Shown: in pieces, positions 6,997 through 15,008 of the stretch | Position numbering within the stretch: the first letter of the stretch is position 1 | Layout of the letters: each line of letters opens with the position of its first letter | Assembly: GCA_002779075.1 (NCBI GenBank) | Contig: PEXK01000050.1 | Span: 65,784-97,783, forward strand | DNA: 32,000 nucleotides | Reading direction: 5' to 3' | Origin: Candidatus Diapherotrites archaeon CG08_land_8_20_14_0_20_30_16 | GTDB lineage: Archaea; Iainarchaeota; Iainarchaeia; Iainarchaeales; 0-14-0-20-30-16 | Made by a program: the position numbers and the translations under genes | The notes under the pieces: generated by a model | Database searches by the model: none | Seen by the model: the letters and a program-made list of their open reading frames with translations, nothing else | Told to the model about the DNA's origin: nothing

Positions 6997-8319
6997 TTAC
7001 TTTATCTTAAACTTCCTCTTCATCTTTTTCTGCATTTGTTTTTGCACAACTTTCTGCAGGTCTTCTTGCTTTAAGTCTTCTGGATTCTTGCCCTTCATCT
7101 TTTCAAAGGTCTCTTTCATCATATTGTACTGTTTTATTAATAAACGTACATCCTCGAGCTTTGTGCCAGAACCTTTTGCAATTCTTTGCATTCTACTAGT
7201 GTTCAAACAATCAGGGTGGTTTTTCTCATAAGGCGTCATTGAATCAATCATTACACTAAAGCCTTTTATTTTGCCTTCTGCTAAACCAGCAGCATCATCA
7301 GGAATTGCTTTGCCAAAACCCAACATTTTGGCAATTTTTGTTATACCGCCCATTTTGTTTGCAATTTTTAATTGCTTTTTGTAAACATTAAAATTAAATT
7401 CTTCAATATCTTCAGGATTCATTTCTGCTTCCTGAACCTTGTCTAACAAGCCTTGTAAATCAGGATAACCCATTATTTGAGACAAATACCTTGTTGAATC
7501 AAATTGTTGTAAATCTTCAATCTTTTCGCCATTACCAATAAAAAAAACAGGGCATTTCAAATAAGCGCAAGCAGCTAATGCACCACCACCTTTAGCGGAA
7601 CCATCCATTTTTGTTATTATAATTCCATTTAATCCTACAATTTCATTAAACTCTTTTGCCTGCTTTAATGCAATTTGACCAATATCTGCAGACAAAACCA
7701 AAAAAGACATATCTGGTTTTAACTCCTCCTTTATCTGCTTTAGTTCCTTTGATAATTCACTATTCAATGCGTCTCTACCAGCACTATCAACAATTATTAT
7801 ATCTCTATCTTTAAAATGTTGCCTGCCTAGTTTTACTGTTTCTTGCGCACTTTTTGAAACATTACCAAAGACCTCAAAATCTTTTGCATATTGCTTCAAT
7901 TGTTCATATGCTGCCATTCTATAAGTATCTGCGCAAATAATTCCTAAACTTAGCTTTTTTCTTTTATAATAATTAGCAATCTTGCCTGTTGTTGTTGTTT
8001 TTCCAGAACCAAACAAGCCACATAATAAAATTCTGTGTGGAATTTTGTTAAAATCTACAGGCAAACCAAAGAAACTAGCTAAAAGATCATAAATCCTTTT
8101 AATCAAATATTCTTTAGCTTCAACACCTTCAGGGAACTTTTCTCCTTTAAGCTCTTTAATCTTTTTGGACAGTTCAAAAACCAGAGATATTTCAACATCT
8201 GCAATTATTAAGGCCTTTTGTATTTCTTTAGCAGTTTCATCTATAACCTCAGAAGTAACAAAATGCCTCTCGCCAAGCTTATCAAAGATTTCCCTTAATT
8301 TATCGCCAAACATATTCAT
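6997..8319 (-). CDS. srp54: Signal recognition particle protein SRP54
   Basis: It contains the N domain, a G domain (GLFGSGKTTTTGK, DTYRMAA, DSAGR, TKMDG) and a Met-rich M domain with a Lys-rich tail. The start is ambiguous: GTG 8328 (track), ATG 8319 or ATG 8313 (MFGDKLREIF...). Confidence 0.95.
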   Translation of the reverse strand: MNMFGDKLREIFDKLGERHFVTSEVIDETAKEIQKALIIADVEISLVFELSKKIKELKGEKFPEGVEAKEYLIKRIYDLLASFFGLPVDFNKIPHRILLCGLFGSGKTTTTGKIANYYKRKKLSLGIICADTYRMAAYEQLKQYAKDFEVFGNVSKSAQETVKLGRQHFKDRDIIIVDSAGRDALNSELSKELKQIKEELKPDMSFLVLSADIGQIALKQAKEFNEIVGLNGIIITKMDGSAKGGGALAACAYLKCPVFFIGNGEKIEDLQQFDSTRYLSQIMGYPDLQGLLDKVQEAEMNPEDIEEFNFNVYKKQLKIANKMGGITKIAKMLGFGKAIPDDAAGLAEGKIKGFSVMIDSMTPYEKNHPDCLNTSRMQRIAKGSGTKLEDVRLLIKQYNMMKETFEKMKGKNPEDLKQEDLQKVVQKQMQKKMKRKFKIK

Positions 8320-8324
8320 AAAAA

Positions 8325-9353
8325 TCACAATAATTTTCTTAATCTATCTTCTAATTCTTTCTTATCTGGCAAATATAACTTATATTTAGAAATAAATAAT
8401 TTATTTGATATGCTACCTAAAGCAAATTCAACTAGAACATCATCTTTTTCTGCAGATAAAATAATACCTATTGGTTCATTATCATCAGATACATTCTCTT
8501 CCTTTTTAAAATAATTTAAGTACATATTCATTTGACCAACATCTAAATGATCTGCTTTGCCTATTTTCAAATCAATCAACACAAAACATTTTAAGATTCT
8601 GTGGTAAAAAACCAAATCAATGTAAAAATGGTCGTTGTTCAATGTTATCCTGTATTGTCTACCAATAAAAGTAAACCCTTTTCCTAATTCTAATAAAAAC
8701 ATTTGTAAATTATCTATAATTTTCTGTTCTAATTCTTTTTCGGAAAAAGCATAATCTTCTGAAATTTTTAAAAACTCTAAAACATGTGGATCTCTAATTA
8801 TATCTTCTGGTTTTTGTAAAATCAACCCTTGTCTAGACAAATCTAAAACACCTTGTTTGTCTTTGCTCAATGCAATTCTGTGAAATAATGCAGAATTAAT
8901 CTGCCTTTTTAATTCCCTAACAGACCAATTTTCATTTATACTTTGTTTTTCATAAAAACTTCTTGCTAAATCATCATCTATTATTAAAAGCTCAACATAA
9001 TGACTCCAAGTCAATTTAGCAGACAGCGTCTGCCATTTTGGATACTTTATGTAGAATGTGCGAATATTCAACAAATTCCTTCTACTAAACCCTTTACCAT
9101 ATTTCTCTTTTAAATCTCTAGACAATGTGTCCAACAAATTACTGCCATATTCTGCTTTTTCATTGCCTTTCTGTTCATATTCTACTATCTTCTTACCTAT
9201 TTCCCAATAGGTATTAACTAAAGCAATATTTACTTCGTAAAATGCCTTTTTTCTAGCAAAATCTAAAAGATTGCCTATGTTTATAATTAAAGAACTATAA
9301 TTCGAATTTCTATTTGCTACCCCTTCTGATTTATCTATTAAATCTGTATTCAT
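8325..9353 (-). CDS. YhcG-like PD-(D/E)xK nuclease (DUF1016 family)
   Basis: 342 aa. The N-terminal helical part reads ...VNTYWEIGKKIVEYEQKG..AEYG...L..LS.DL. The C-terminal nuclease core is FYIDLVFYHRILKCFVLIDLKIGKADHLDVGQMNMYLNYF. The TGA stop overlaps the GTG alternative start of srp54. Confidence 0.75.
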   Translation of the reverse strand: MNTDLIDKSEGVANRNSNYSSLIINIGNLLDFARKKAFYEVNIALVNTYWEIGKKIVEYEQKGNEKAEYGSNLLDTLSRDLKEKYGKGFSRRNLLNIRTFYIKYPKWQTLSAKLTWSHYVELLIIDDDLARSFYEKQSINENWSVRELKRQINSALFHRIALSKDKQGVLDLSRQGLILQKPEDIIRDPHVLEFLKISEDYAFSEKELEQKIIDNLQMFLLELGKGFTFIGRQYRITLNNDHFYIDLVFYHRILKCFVLIDLKIGKADHLDVGQMNMYLNYFKKEENVSDDNEPIGIILSAEKDDVLVEFALGSISNKLFISKYKLYLPDKKELEDRLRKLL

Positions 9354-9389
9354 ATTATATATATTAAGGAAAAAGCATTTAAATTGGGC

Positions 9390-9689
9390 TTAAAGAAAAA
9401 CAGCAAATATCAAAACCAATAAAAATGCTACGGATAAAACAAGCCCAATAATCGATAATGTTGTTCTTTTTTTAAACAACTGAATAACACAAAAAATAAC
9501 ACTAAAAATAGTTAAAATCAAGCTTAAGAAATTAAAAATTATGAACAAATCCACAAAAGAACCAAAATCCTTTACAGCATTAGGTAAAAAGAACCAAGGT
9601 ACAAACATACTAATTATTGCAATAATAATAAATACAAATCCAATAACCCCTATTGTTCCAAATTTTTGTTCTTTAAACTTATTTTCCAC
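9390..9689 (-). CDS. Small hypothetical membrane protein (3 predicted TM helices)
   Basis: 99-aa ORF, strongly hydrophobic in three blocks, with no recognisable family. It is divergent from the ATP-cone nuclease gene. Confidence 0.45.
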   Translation of the reverse strand: MENKFKEQKFGTIGVIGFVFIIIAIISMFVPWFFLPNAVKDFGSFVDLFIIFNFLSLILTIFSVIFCVIQLFKKRTTLSIIGLVLSVAFLLVLIFAVFL

Positions 9690-9738
9690 AAATTACAAAC
9701 AGCATAAAGCTTTATATTTCTTATTCTTTCTTTGTATT

Positions 9739-10542
9739 ATGCAACAAGTAACTAAAGCATCAGGAAATATAGAACCCTTCAATTCTGATAAGATTTATTA
9801 CTCTATTTTGAGTGCTGGGGCTTCAAAATCATTAGCAATTGAAACCATCAATATAGTAAAGAAAAAATACTATAAAGGAATTTCAACACAAGAAATCTTG
9901 GATGTCGTATTAAAGAATTTGAAAAAAGAAAAAGGTGTTGCACAAAGATATGATTTGAAAAGAGCAATAATGAATTTAGGGCCATCTGGTTTTCCTTTTG
10001 AAGAATATTTTGCAAGAATATTAAATAATTATGATTATAATACCAAAGTAAATAATTATATCAAAGGAAAAAGAATTACACATGAAATTGATATTGTTGC
10101 AAAAAAACACAATTTATCGTATATGATTGAATGCAAATACCACAACGAAGCAGGGATACAAACAAAATTGCATGTTGCAATGTACACTTATGCAAGATTT
10201 TTAGATGTTAGCAAATTTGATGTTCCTTGGTTAGCAACAAATACTAAATGCGTAAACGAAGCAGAAGAATACGCTAAAGGGATTAACCTAAAAATAACTT
10301 CCTGGAATTATCCTAAAAGAGAATCTTTAAGAGATCTAATTGAAAAAAAGGATCTGTATCCAATAACCAGCATAAAATACATTGATGAAAAAATAAAAGA
10401 AAAATTATTTTCTGCAAATATTGTTCTGGCAAAGGATTTGTTAGGCTACACAACAAAAGAATTAGTTTTACAAACTGGTTTAAAGGAAAAAGAAATAAAT
10501 ACTATACTAAATGAAGTAAAAGAGATTTGTGGAATTAAGTAA
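9739..10542 (+). CDS. ATP-cone domain fused to an Mrr-like PD-(D/E)xK restriction-endonuclease domain and a C-terminal helix-hairpin-helix-like region
   Basis: I place the start at ATG 9739 (MQQVTKASGNIEPFNSDKIYYSI..., the ATP-cone signature V.K..G..E.F...KI). The track start at 9541 only adds antisense of the neighbouring gene. The nuclease core is FEEYFARIL...HEIDIVAKKHNLSYMIECKYH. The tail ...LAKDLLGYTTKELVLQTGLKEKEINTIL looks HhH-like. Confidence 0.6.
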   Translation: MQQVTKASGNIEPFNSDKIYYSILSAGASKSLAIETINIVKKKYYKGISTQEILDVVLKNLKKEKGVAQRYDLKRAIMNLGPSGFPFEEYFARILNNYDYNTKVNNYIKGKRITHEIDIVAKKHNLSYMIECKYHNEAGIQTKLHVAMYTYARFLDVSKFDVPWLATNTKCVNEAEEYAKGINLKITSWNYPKRESLRDLIEKKDLYPITSIKYIDEKIKEKLFSANIVLAKDLLGYTTKELVLQTGLKEKEINTILNEVKEICGIK

Positions 10543-11802
10543 TTACTTTTTTCCCAATAACCATTTCCAAACAGGCTTAACATAAATTGTTTTTTTGTCT
10601 TGTTTTATTATTTGTTCTTGATTATAAGTTAAAATTACTCCTGAATTTAAATTCAAATCTGTTATTGCATTTAACAACCCGTTTACTTCTCTAGATTTAT
10701 CTTTGTCTGTTAATTCATATGTAACTTGTATGCACTCTTTAACTTTATCATTTTCACAAACCACAAAATCACACTCTAAATCATTCTTGTAATAATATAT
10801 CTTTCTTCCTGTAGCATATAACTCTAAAAAAATCAAATTTTCTAATTTTAGACCAAAATCTTCTTTTACATCAAAAAGAGAAACATACCCGTTATCTATA
10901 AAATACATTTTTTTACCAAAACTCCTAGTTCTCAAAGATTTTCTATATTGGGATAAAGATAAAACTAAAAAATTGTCTTCAAAAACCTGAAAATAATTAT
11001 ATACTTTATTTTTATCTATTTTATAATCAATACTTTTAAAAAATGAATTGTAAGAATTTATTGTAACTTCACTTTTTATATTTTCTCTTATTTTTTTAAG
11101 CAATAATTTTATTTCTAATTCGTTAAAATCAGAATTTGTTTTAAGAACATCACTAACACCCAATTCAAAATAAGATGTTAATATATCCTCTTTTTTATTA
11201 CTTAAAACCACTTCTGGAAACCCACCATATTGAAGATATTCTCTAAATAAATTTATAATCTTAGCATTTGGTTGAATTAACACATCTCTTTTAGTAAACC
11301 CCTTAAAATATAAAAAACATTCAAAATTTAAAGGAAGAACTTTTTTCTCAATAAATCTTGCACCCCTCAAAGATCGTGAATTAGCATTTAACATTCTTGA
11401 ATTTGAGCCAGTTACAAAAACCCTATATTGGTTGTCTACCAAATTTCTAACATATCTTTCCCAATTATCTATATGTTGAATCTCGTCTAAAAGCAAAATT
11501 GGTTTTTTATTAGGATGTATAGAATTATAAGTCAACAAAATACTATCTAAATTCTCTGATTTAAAATTAACTAATTTAGGGGCTTCAAAATTAATAAATA
11601 TAAAATCCTCTTTACTCAAACCTTTTTCAACAAGTAAATCACAAATCTCATATAATAAAGTACTTTTGCCTGCGCGTCTTGGCCCTATTAATAAATAAGA
11701 TGAATTCCCTGAGACTACATTTATCGCAATATCTCTATTTATAAAATTATTCTTGCCCGTCCAAAATTTACGATATAATTCTAATAAAATATCTTCAAAC
11801 AT
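10543..11802 (-). CDS. AAA+ ATPase with C-terminal DUF4143 (COG1373 family)
   Basis: 419 aa. Walker A is LIGPRRAGKSTLL and Walker B is PILLLDEIQHI. The C-terminal third has a DUF4143-like pattern (...YYYKNDLECDFVV...). Confidence 0.8.
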   Translation of the reverse strand: MFEDILLELYRKFWTGKNNFINRDIAINVVSGNSSYLLIGPRRAGKSTLLYEICDLLVEKGLSKEDFIFINFEAPKLVNFKSENLDSILLTYNSIHPNKKPILLLDEIQHIDNWERYVRNLVDNQYRVFVTGSNSRMLNANSRSLRGARFIEKKVLPLNFECFLYFKGFTKRDVLIQPNAKIINLFREYLQYGGFPEVVLSNKKEDILTSYFELGVSDVLKTNSDFNELEIKLLLKKIRENIKSEVTINSYNSFFKSIDYKIDKNKVYNYFQVFEDNFLVLSLSQYRKSLRTRSFGKKMYFIDNGYVSLFDVKEDFGLKLENLIFLELYATGRKIYYYKNDLECDFVVCENDKVKECIQVTYELTDKDKSREVNGLLNAITDLNLNSGVILTYNQEQIIKQDKKTIYVKPVWKWLLGKK

Positions 11803-11828
11803 ATTAATATAACATATTACTAGTATAA

Positions 11829-11884
11829 ATAGTTTCCGCTATTTACGGAAACATACTTAATATAGTTTCCGCTATTTACGGAAA
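11829..11884. promoter_or_regulatory. Two identical 23-bp operator-like sites, each with a 6-bp inverted repeat, in the promoter of the AAA+ ATPase gene
   Basis: ATAGTTTCCGCTATTTACGGAAA occurs at 11829-11851 and 11862-11884, an exact repeat with 33-bp spacing. Each copy contains TTTCCG-n7-CGGAAA. The proximal copy abuts a TATA-like ctatttatac (minus sense) about 30 nt upstream of the ATG at 11802. Confidence 0.6.
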
Positions 11885-11952
11885 TACAAGTCAATGATGC
11901 AAATTACATGTATTACCTAAAACAAGACCGGGTTTTAAATAACTTATCCTAA

Positions 11953-12627
11953 TTAATTTAATTTAAATGGATTAAAATTAGTTTTATTATCATAATAATC
12001 TTCGTGTTCTTTCTTCTTTAACCAACCAATAACTAAATAAGTTACAGGAGTTAATATTGTTTCTAATAAAACTTTCAAAAACCAGCCAAATAAAATAGAT
12101 ATCAATAAAATGTTGTTTGGAATAACGCCATATAAAGCAATAGAATAAAATAATATTGTATTTGCACCCTCACCAAATATTGTAGAACCTATTGTTCTTG
12201 TCCACAAATATTTTCCTTTTGTCCAAATTTTCATTTTTGCTAAAACAAAATCATTTAATATTCCGCCAACCCAAACAGCAATCCAGCCACCAATTAATAT
12301 TCTTGGTACTTGCCCTAATACAATTTTGTATGCTTCATTAGCACCAAAACCGGGTGCAGGACTTAAAATGGATACTAACCAATAAACTAATCCTGCTAAA
12401 ACAGATGCAAAAAACACATATCAAACTACTTTTCTTGCTTGTGCATAACCATAAACTTCAGTAAGTACATCTGAAATAATATAAGTTATTGGAAAATACA
12501 AAACAGTAACAGAAACAATAAAAGGGCCCTATGCAATTAATTTTGTTGCAGTAACATCTGAAATTAATTGAAATACAATATATAATATTGTAAACAATCC
12601 CAAATATTTGTAAGCTCTATTTTGCAT
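11953..12627 (-). pseudogene. YhhQ/VUT-family (queuosine-precursor transporter-like, DUF165) gene interrupted by in-frame TAG and TGA
   Basis: A single frame runs from ATG 12627 to the stop at 11953, which is 225 codons and the family-typical length. It reads MQNRAYKYLGLFTILYIVFQLISDVTATKLIA*GPFIVSVTVLYFPITYIISDVLTEVYGYAQARKVV*YVFFASVLAG.... The stops are TAG 12531-12529 and TGA 12423-12421. The family motif FPxxYxxxDxxTEVYG lies between the two stops. Confidence 0.7.
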
Positions 12628-12648
12628 AATAAAATACTTCCAACAGGT

Positions 12649-13698
12649 TTATATAACTTGCTCTAAGAACTCTTTATCAAAAAATGCAATGTCTTTGTAT
12701 TCTTGTCCTACGCCTAAGAAAAGAACAGGTTTCTTTAGGCCTAAAGAAATTGAAAGCAAAGTACCGCCTTTTTCATCAACATCTACTTTTGCAAGTATAA
12801 ACGCATCAAATTGCACATATCTATTAAAAGATTCTGCTTGCATTAATGCTGTTTGCCCTGCAATAGCTTCAGCTACAAATACAATGAAGTCTGGTTTGAT
12901 AACATTCTTTATTTTTGTTAATTCTTTCATTAAATTTTGTGCATTGTCTTGCCTGCCTGAAGAATCAACTAAAACAAAATCAATATTTTTTGATTTGGCA
13001 AATGTTAAAGCATCATATGCAACACTTGCAGGATCCCTGCCATACTTGCCCTTTATTATAGGCACCTGCAATTTGTTTGCATGCCCTTCTAACTGGTCAA
13101 TTGCAGCAGCCCTGTAGGTATCTGAAGCACTTAAAACAACAGTTTTTTTATTTTGTTTTAGATAATAAGCAAGTTTTGCGATATTAGTTGTTTTGCCACC
13201 ACCATTTGTTCCAACAAACAAAATAGTATATGGTTTTTTTGATTGATTAAAAAAAGATTCATCGAGAGCTTTAGGATAGTTTTCAAAAACAATATCTAAA
13301 AATAGTTTCTTTAAATATTCTTCTTGATGGGTCTTTGAAACGCCTTCTTTTTTTATTTTTTCTCTTAATGATTTTTTTAATATCTCACATACTTGTAAAG
13401 AAACATCACTTTGCAACATAGATAATTCGAACATGTCAATTAAATCATCTATTTCTTTATCACTTAAAGAATATTTATCTGCAAAAACAGCTTTTAATTT
13501 AGTAAAAAGGGAAACCTGCGCTTTCTTTTCTTTTTTAATTTCTTTAATAACTTTTGTTTTTTCTTTTATTTTATTAAGTGTTTCAGCAGGTTTCAATTCT
13601 GGTTTTATTTCCTCTTTTTTTTCTTCTTTATTAGTTTCTTGGAACAGACCTAACTTCTCAGATAAAGTCTGTAATCCTTTCTTAAGGCTAGCAAACAA
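12649..13698 (-). CDS. ftsY: Signal recognition particle receptor FtsY
   Basis: 349 aa with a charged N-terminal region. The NG domain carries FVGTNGGGKTTNIAKLA, DTYRAAA, DSSGRQ and AKVDVDEKGG. Confidence 0.92.
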   Translation of the reverse strand: MFASLKKGLQTLSEKLGLFQETNKEEKKEEIKPELKPAETLNKIKEKTKVIKEIKKEKKAQVSLFTKLKAVFADKYSLSDKEIDDLIDMFELSMLQSDVSLQVCEILKKSLREKIKKEGVSKTHQEEYLKKLFLDIVFENYPKALDESFFNQSKKPYTILFVGTNGGGKTTNIAKLAYYLKQNKKTVVLSASDTYRAAAIDQLEGHANKLQVPIIKGKYGRDPASVAYDALTFAKSKNIDFVLVDSSGRQDNAQNLMKELTKIKNVIKPDFIVFVAEAIAGQTALMQAESFNRYVQFDAFILAKVDVDEKGGTLLSISLGLKKPVLFLGVGQEYKDIAFFDKEFLEQVI

Positions 13699-13756
13699 AA
13701 TGAATCACCAAATAACAAAATATCAAACCAATACAGAATTAATAGACAAAATTACT

Positions 13757-14332
13757 TTATAAATTATCCTGTTTAGCTTGTGATTTTTGTTGTAATTGTG
13801 TTAAATATTTGTACAATTGGTTCAAATTTTGCTGAGTTTGTGTTTGTAGTTGATGTAATTTCTTTGCACTGTCTATAGCGGAAGTCTTTCTTTTTTCTAA
13901 ATTAGAAATAATTTTTTCAGTTGTTCGAAAAATCATTGCTTTTGTTCCTGTATTCACACAAAAATTCTTTGTGTCTTCAATTTTTGCTTTTGCAAAAATA
14001 CCGTTGCCAAAATTAATAAAAACTTCTTTTCCTTTTGAATCTTTTAACTCTTTCAACGCAAATATTGTTTTATCTGTTTCAAAAATTGCTTGCTCTACTT
14101 TTGTTAAATCATTATTTAAATGCTCAAGTTTGTGTTGCTCGTCTTGAAAAAATTTATATGCTTCCTGGGGTGTTAATTGTATTTTCTTAACAATCTTTTG
14201 CTTTTGCTGATCCTTAATCTCTTCTGCTTTTTCTTGTGATTTTTCTTCCTCTTTTTTTTTAGATTTCTTTTCTGTTTTCAATTCTTCTTTTATTTCTGTC
14301 TTTTTTTCTTTATATTTATTATCTTTTTTCAT
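13757..14332 (-). CDS. pfdA: Prefoldin alpha subunit with a Lys/Glu-rich N-terminal extension
   Basis: The two coiled-coil arms flank the beta-hairpin segment EVFINFGNGIFAKAKIEDTKNFCVNTGTKAMIFRT (pattern lvplG.g.fv.a.i...d.vlv.iG.g..ve). The position between aIF6 and ftsY matches the conserved archaeal string. Confidence 0.75.
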   Translation of the reverse strand: MKKDNKYKEKKTEIKEELKTEKKSKKKEEEKSQEKAEEIKDQQKQKIVKKIQLTPQEAYKFFQDEQHKLEHLNNDLTKVEQAIFETDKTIFALKELKDSKGKEVFINFGNGIFAKAKIEDTKNFCVNTGTKAMIFRTTEKIISNLEKRKTSAIDSAKKLHQLQTQTQQNLNQLYKYLTQLQQKSQAKQDNL

Positions 14333-14340
14333 AAAACCAC

Positions 14341-15000
14341 CTAATTATACAAAATATCTGTTATTCTTATTAATTCATAACCTGTTGTTTTTCTTCCAAC
14401 TATAATTCCATTATCATTCAGTAGCATTCCATTTGCAATAAAACCATCGCCAAAATTTACTGTTGCAATATTTCCTTTTACTTTGAAAATACTTTCTATC
14501 TTTTTAATGTCTTGGGTAGTTGCACTTGGAGCAACAGCAAAACCATTTTTATTAACTAACAAATAACTTCCTATTGCCGGCAATTGCCCTACTTGAAAAG
14601 TAATTGCTTTAACACCTAAAAATTCATCAATAACTTTAACTGATTTAGACTTGAATTCTTTACTCAAAACCACTTGTTTCTGATTTGTTGCAAATAGATT
14701 GCCAACTGCAAAGTATTGATCCAACAGAAGAACTTCAAAACCATTGGATTCGAAAAATTTAATATCTTCTTCCCCAGAGATTTTAGACAAAATGACTTTA
14801 TTATTGTATAGCTTTGCAAGCACACCATTTAAATGCGATTCTGCAATATTATGCTTTAAACATTCAACACCCAAAGTTTTTTCTATAACTTTGCATTCAG
14901 AAACAGAGACTGAAGTTGGAACTATTGCTTTATCTTTTCCTAAAGCAACATAAATTCCTATGTGTGATGTGTTATTAATATCCAATTTGGCCAGTTCCAT
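14341..15000 (-). CDS. eif6: Translation initiation factor 6 (aIF6)
   Basis: 219 aa, the expected size. It has the pentein-like internal repeats with HIGIYVAL..., ...AVGNLFATN..., ...AIGSYLLVN..., ...FIANGMLLN... and the ending TTGYELIRITDIL. Confidence 0.85.
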   Translation of the reverse strand: MELAKLDINNTSHIGIYVALGKDKAIVPTSVSVSECKVIEKTLGVECLKHNIAESHLNGVLAKLYNNKVILSKISGEEDIKFFESNGFEVLLLDQYFAVGNLFATNQKQVVLSKEFKSKSVKVIDEFLGVKAITFQVGQLPAIGSYLLVNKNGFAVAPSATTQDIKKIESIFKVKGNIATVNFGDGFIANGMLLNDNGIIVGRKTTGYELIRITDILYN

Positions 15001-15008
15001 TTTAAGAC

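Noticed and set aside
9541-9738. The N-terminal 66 codons of the 333-aa track ORF for the ATP-cone nuclease
   Set aside because: This stretch is antisense to the 99-aa membrane protein gene and has no ATP-cone homology. The ATP-cone signature begins at the ATG at 9739, which leaves a normal 49-bp divergent promoter region.
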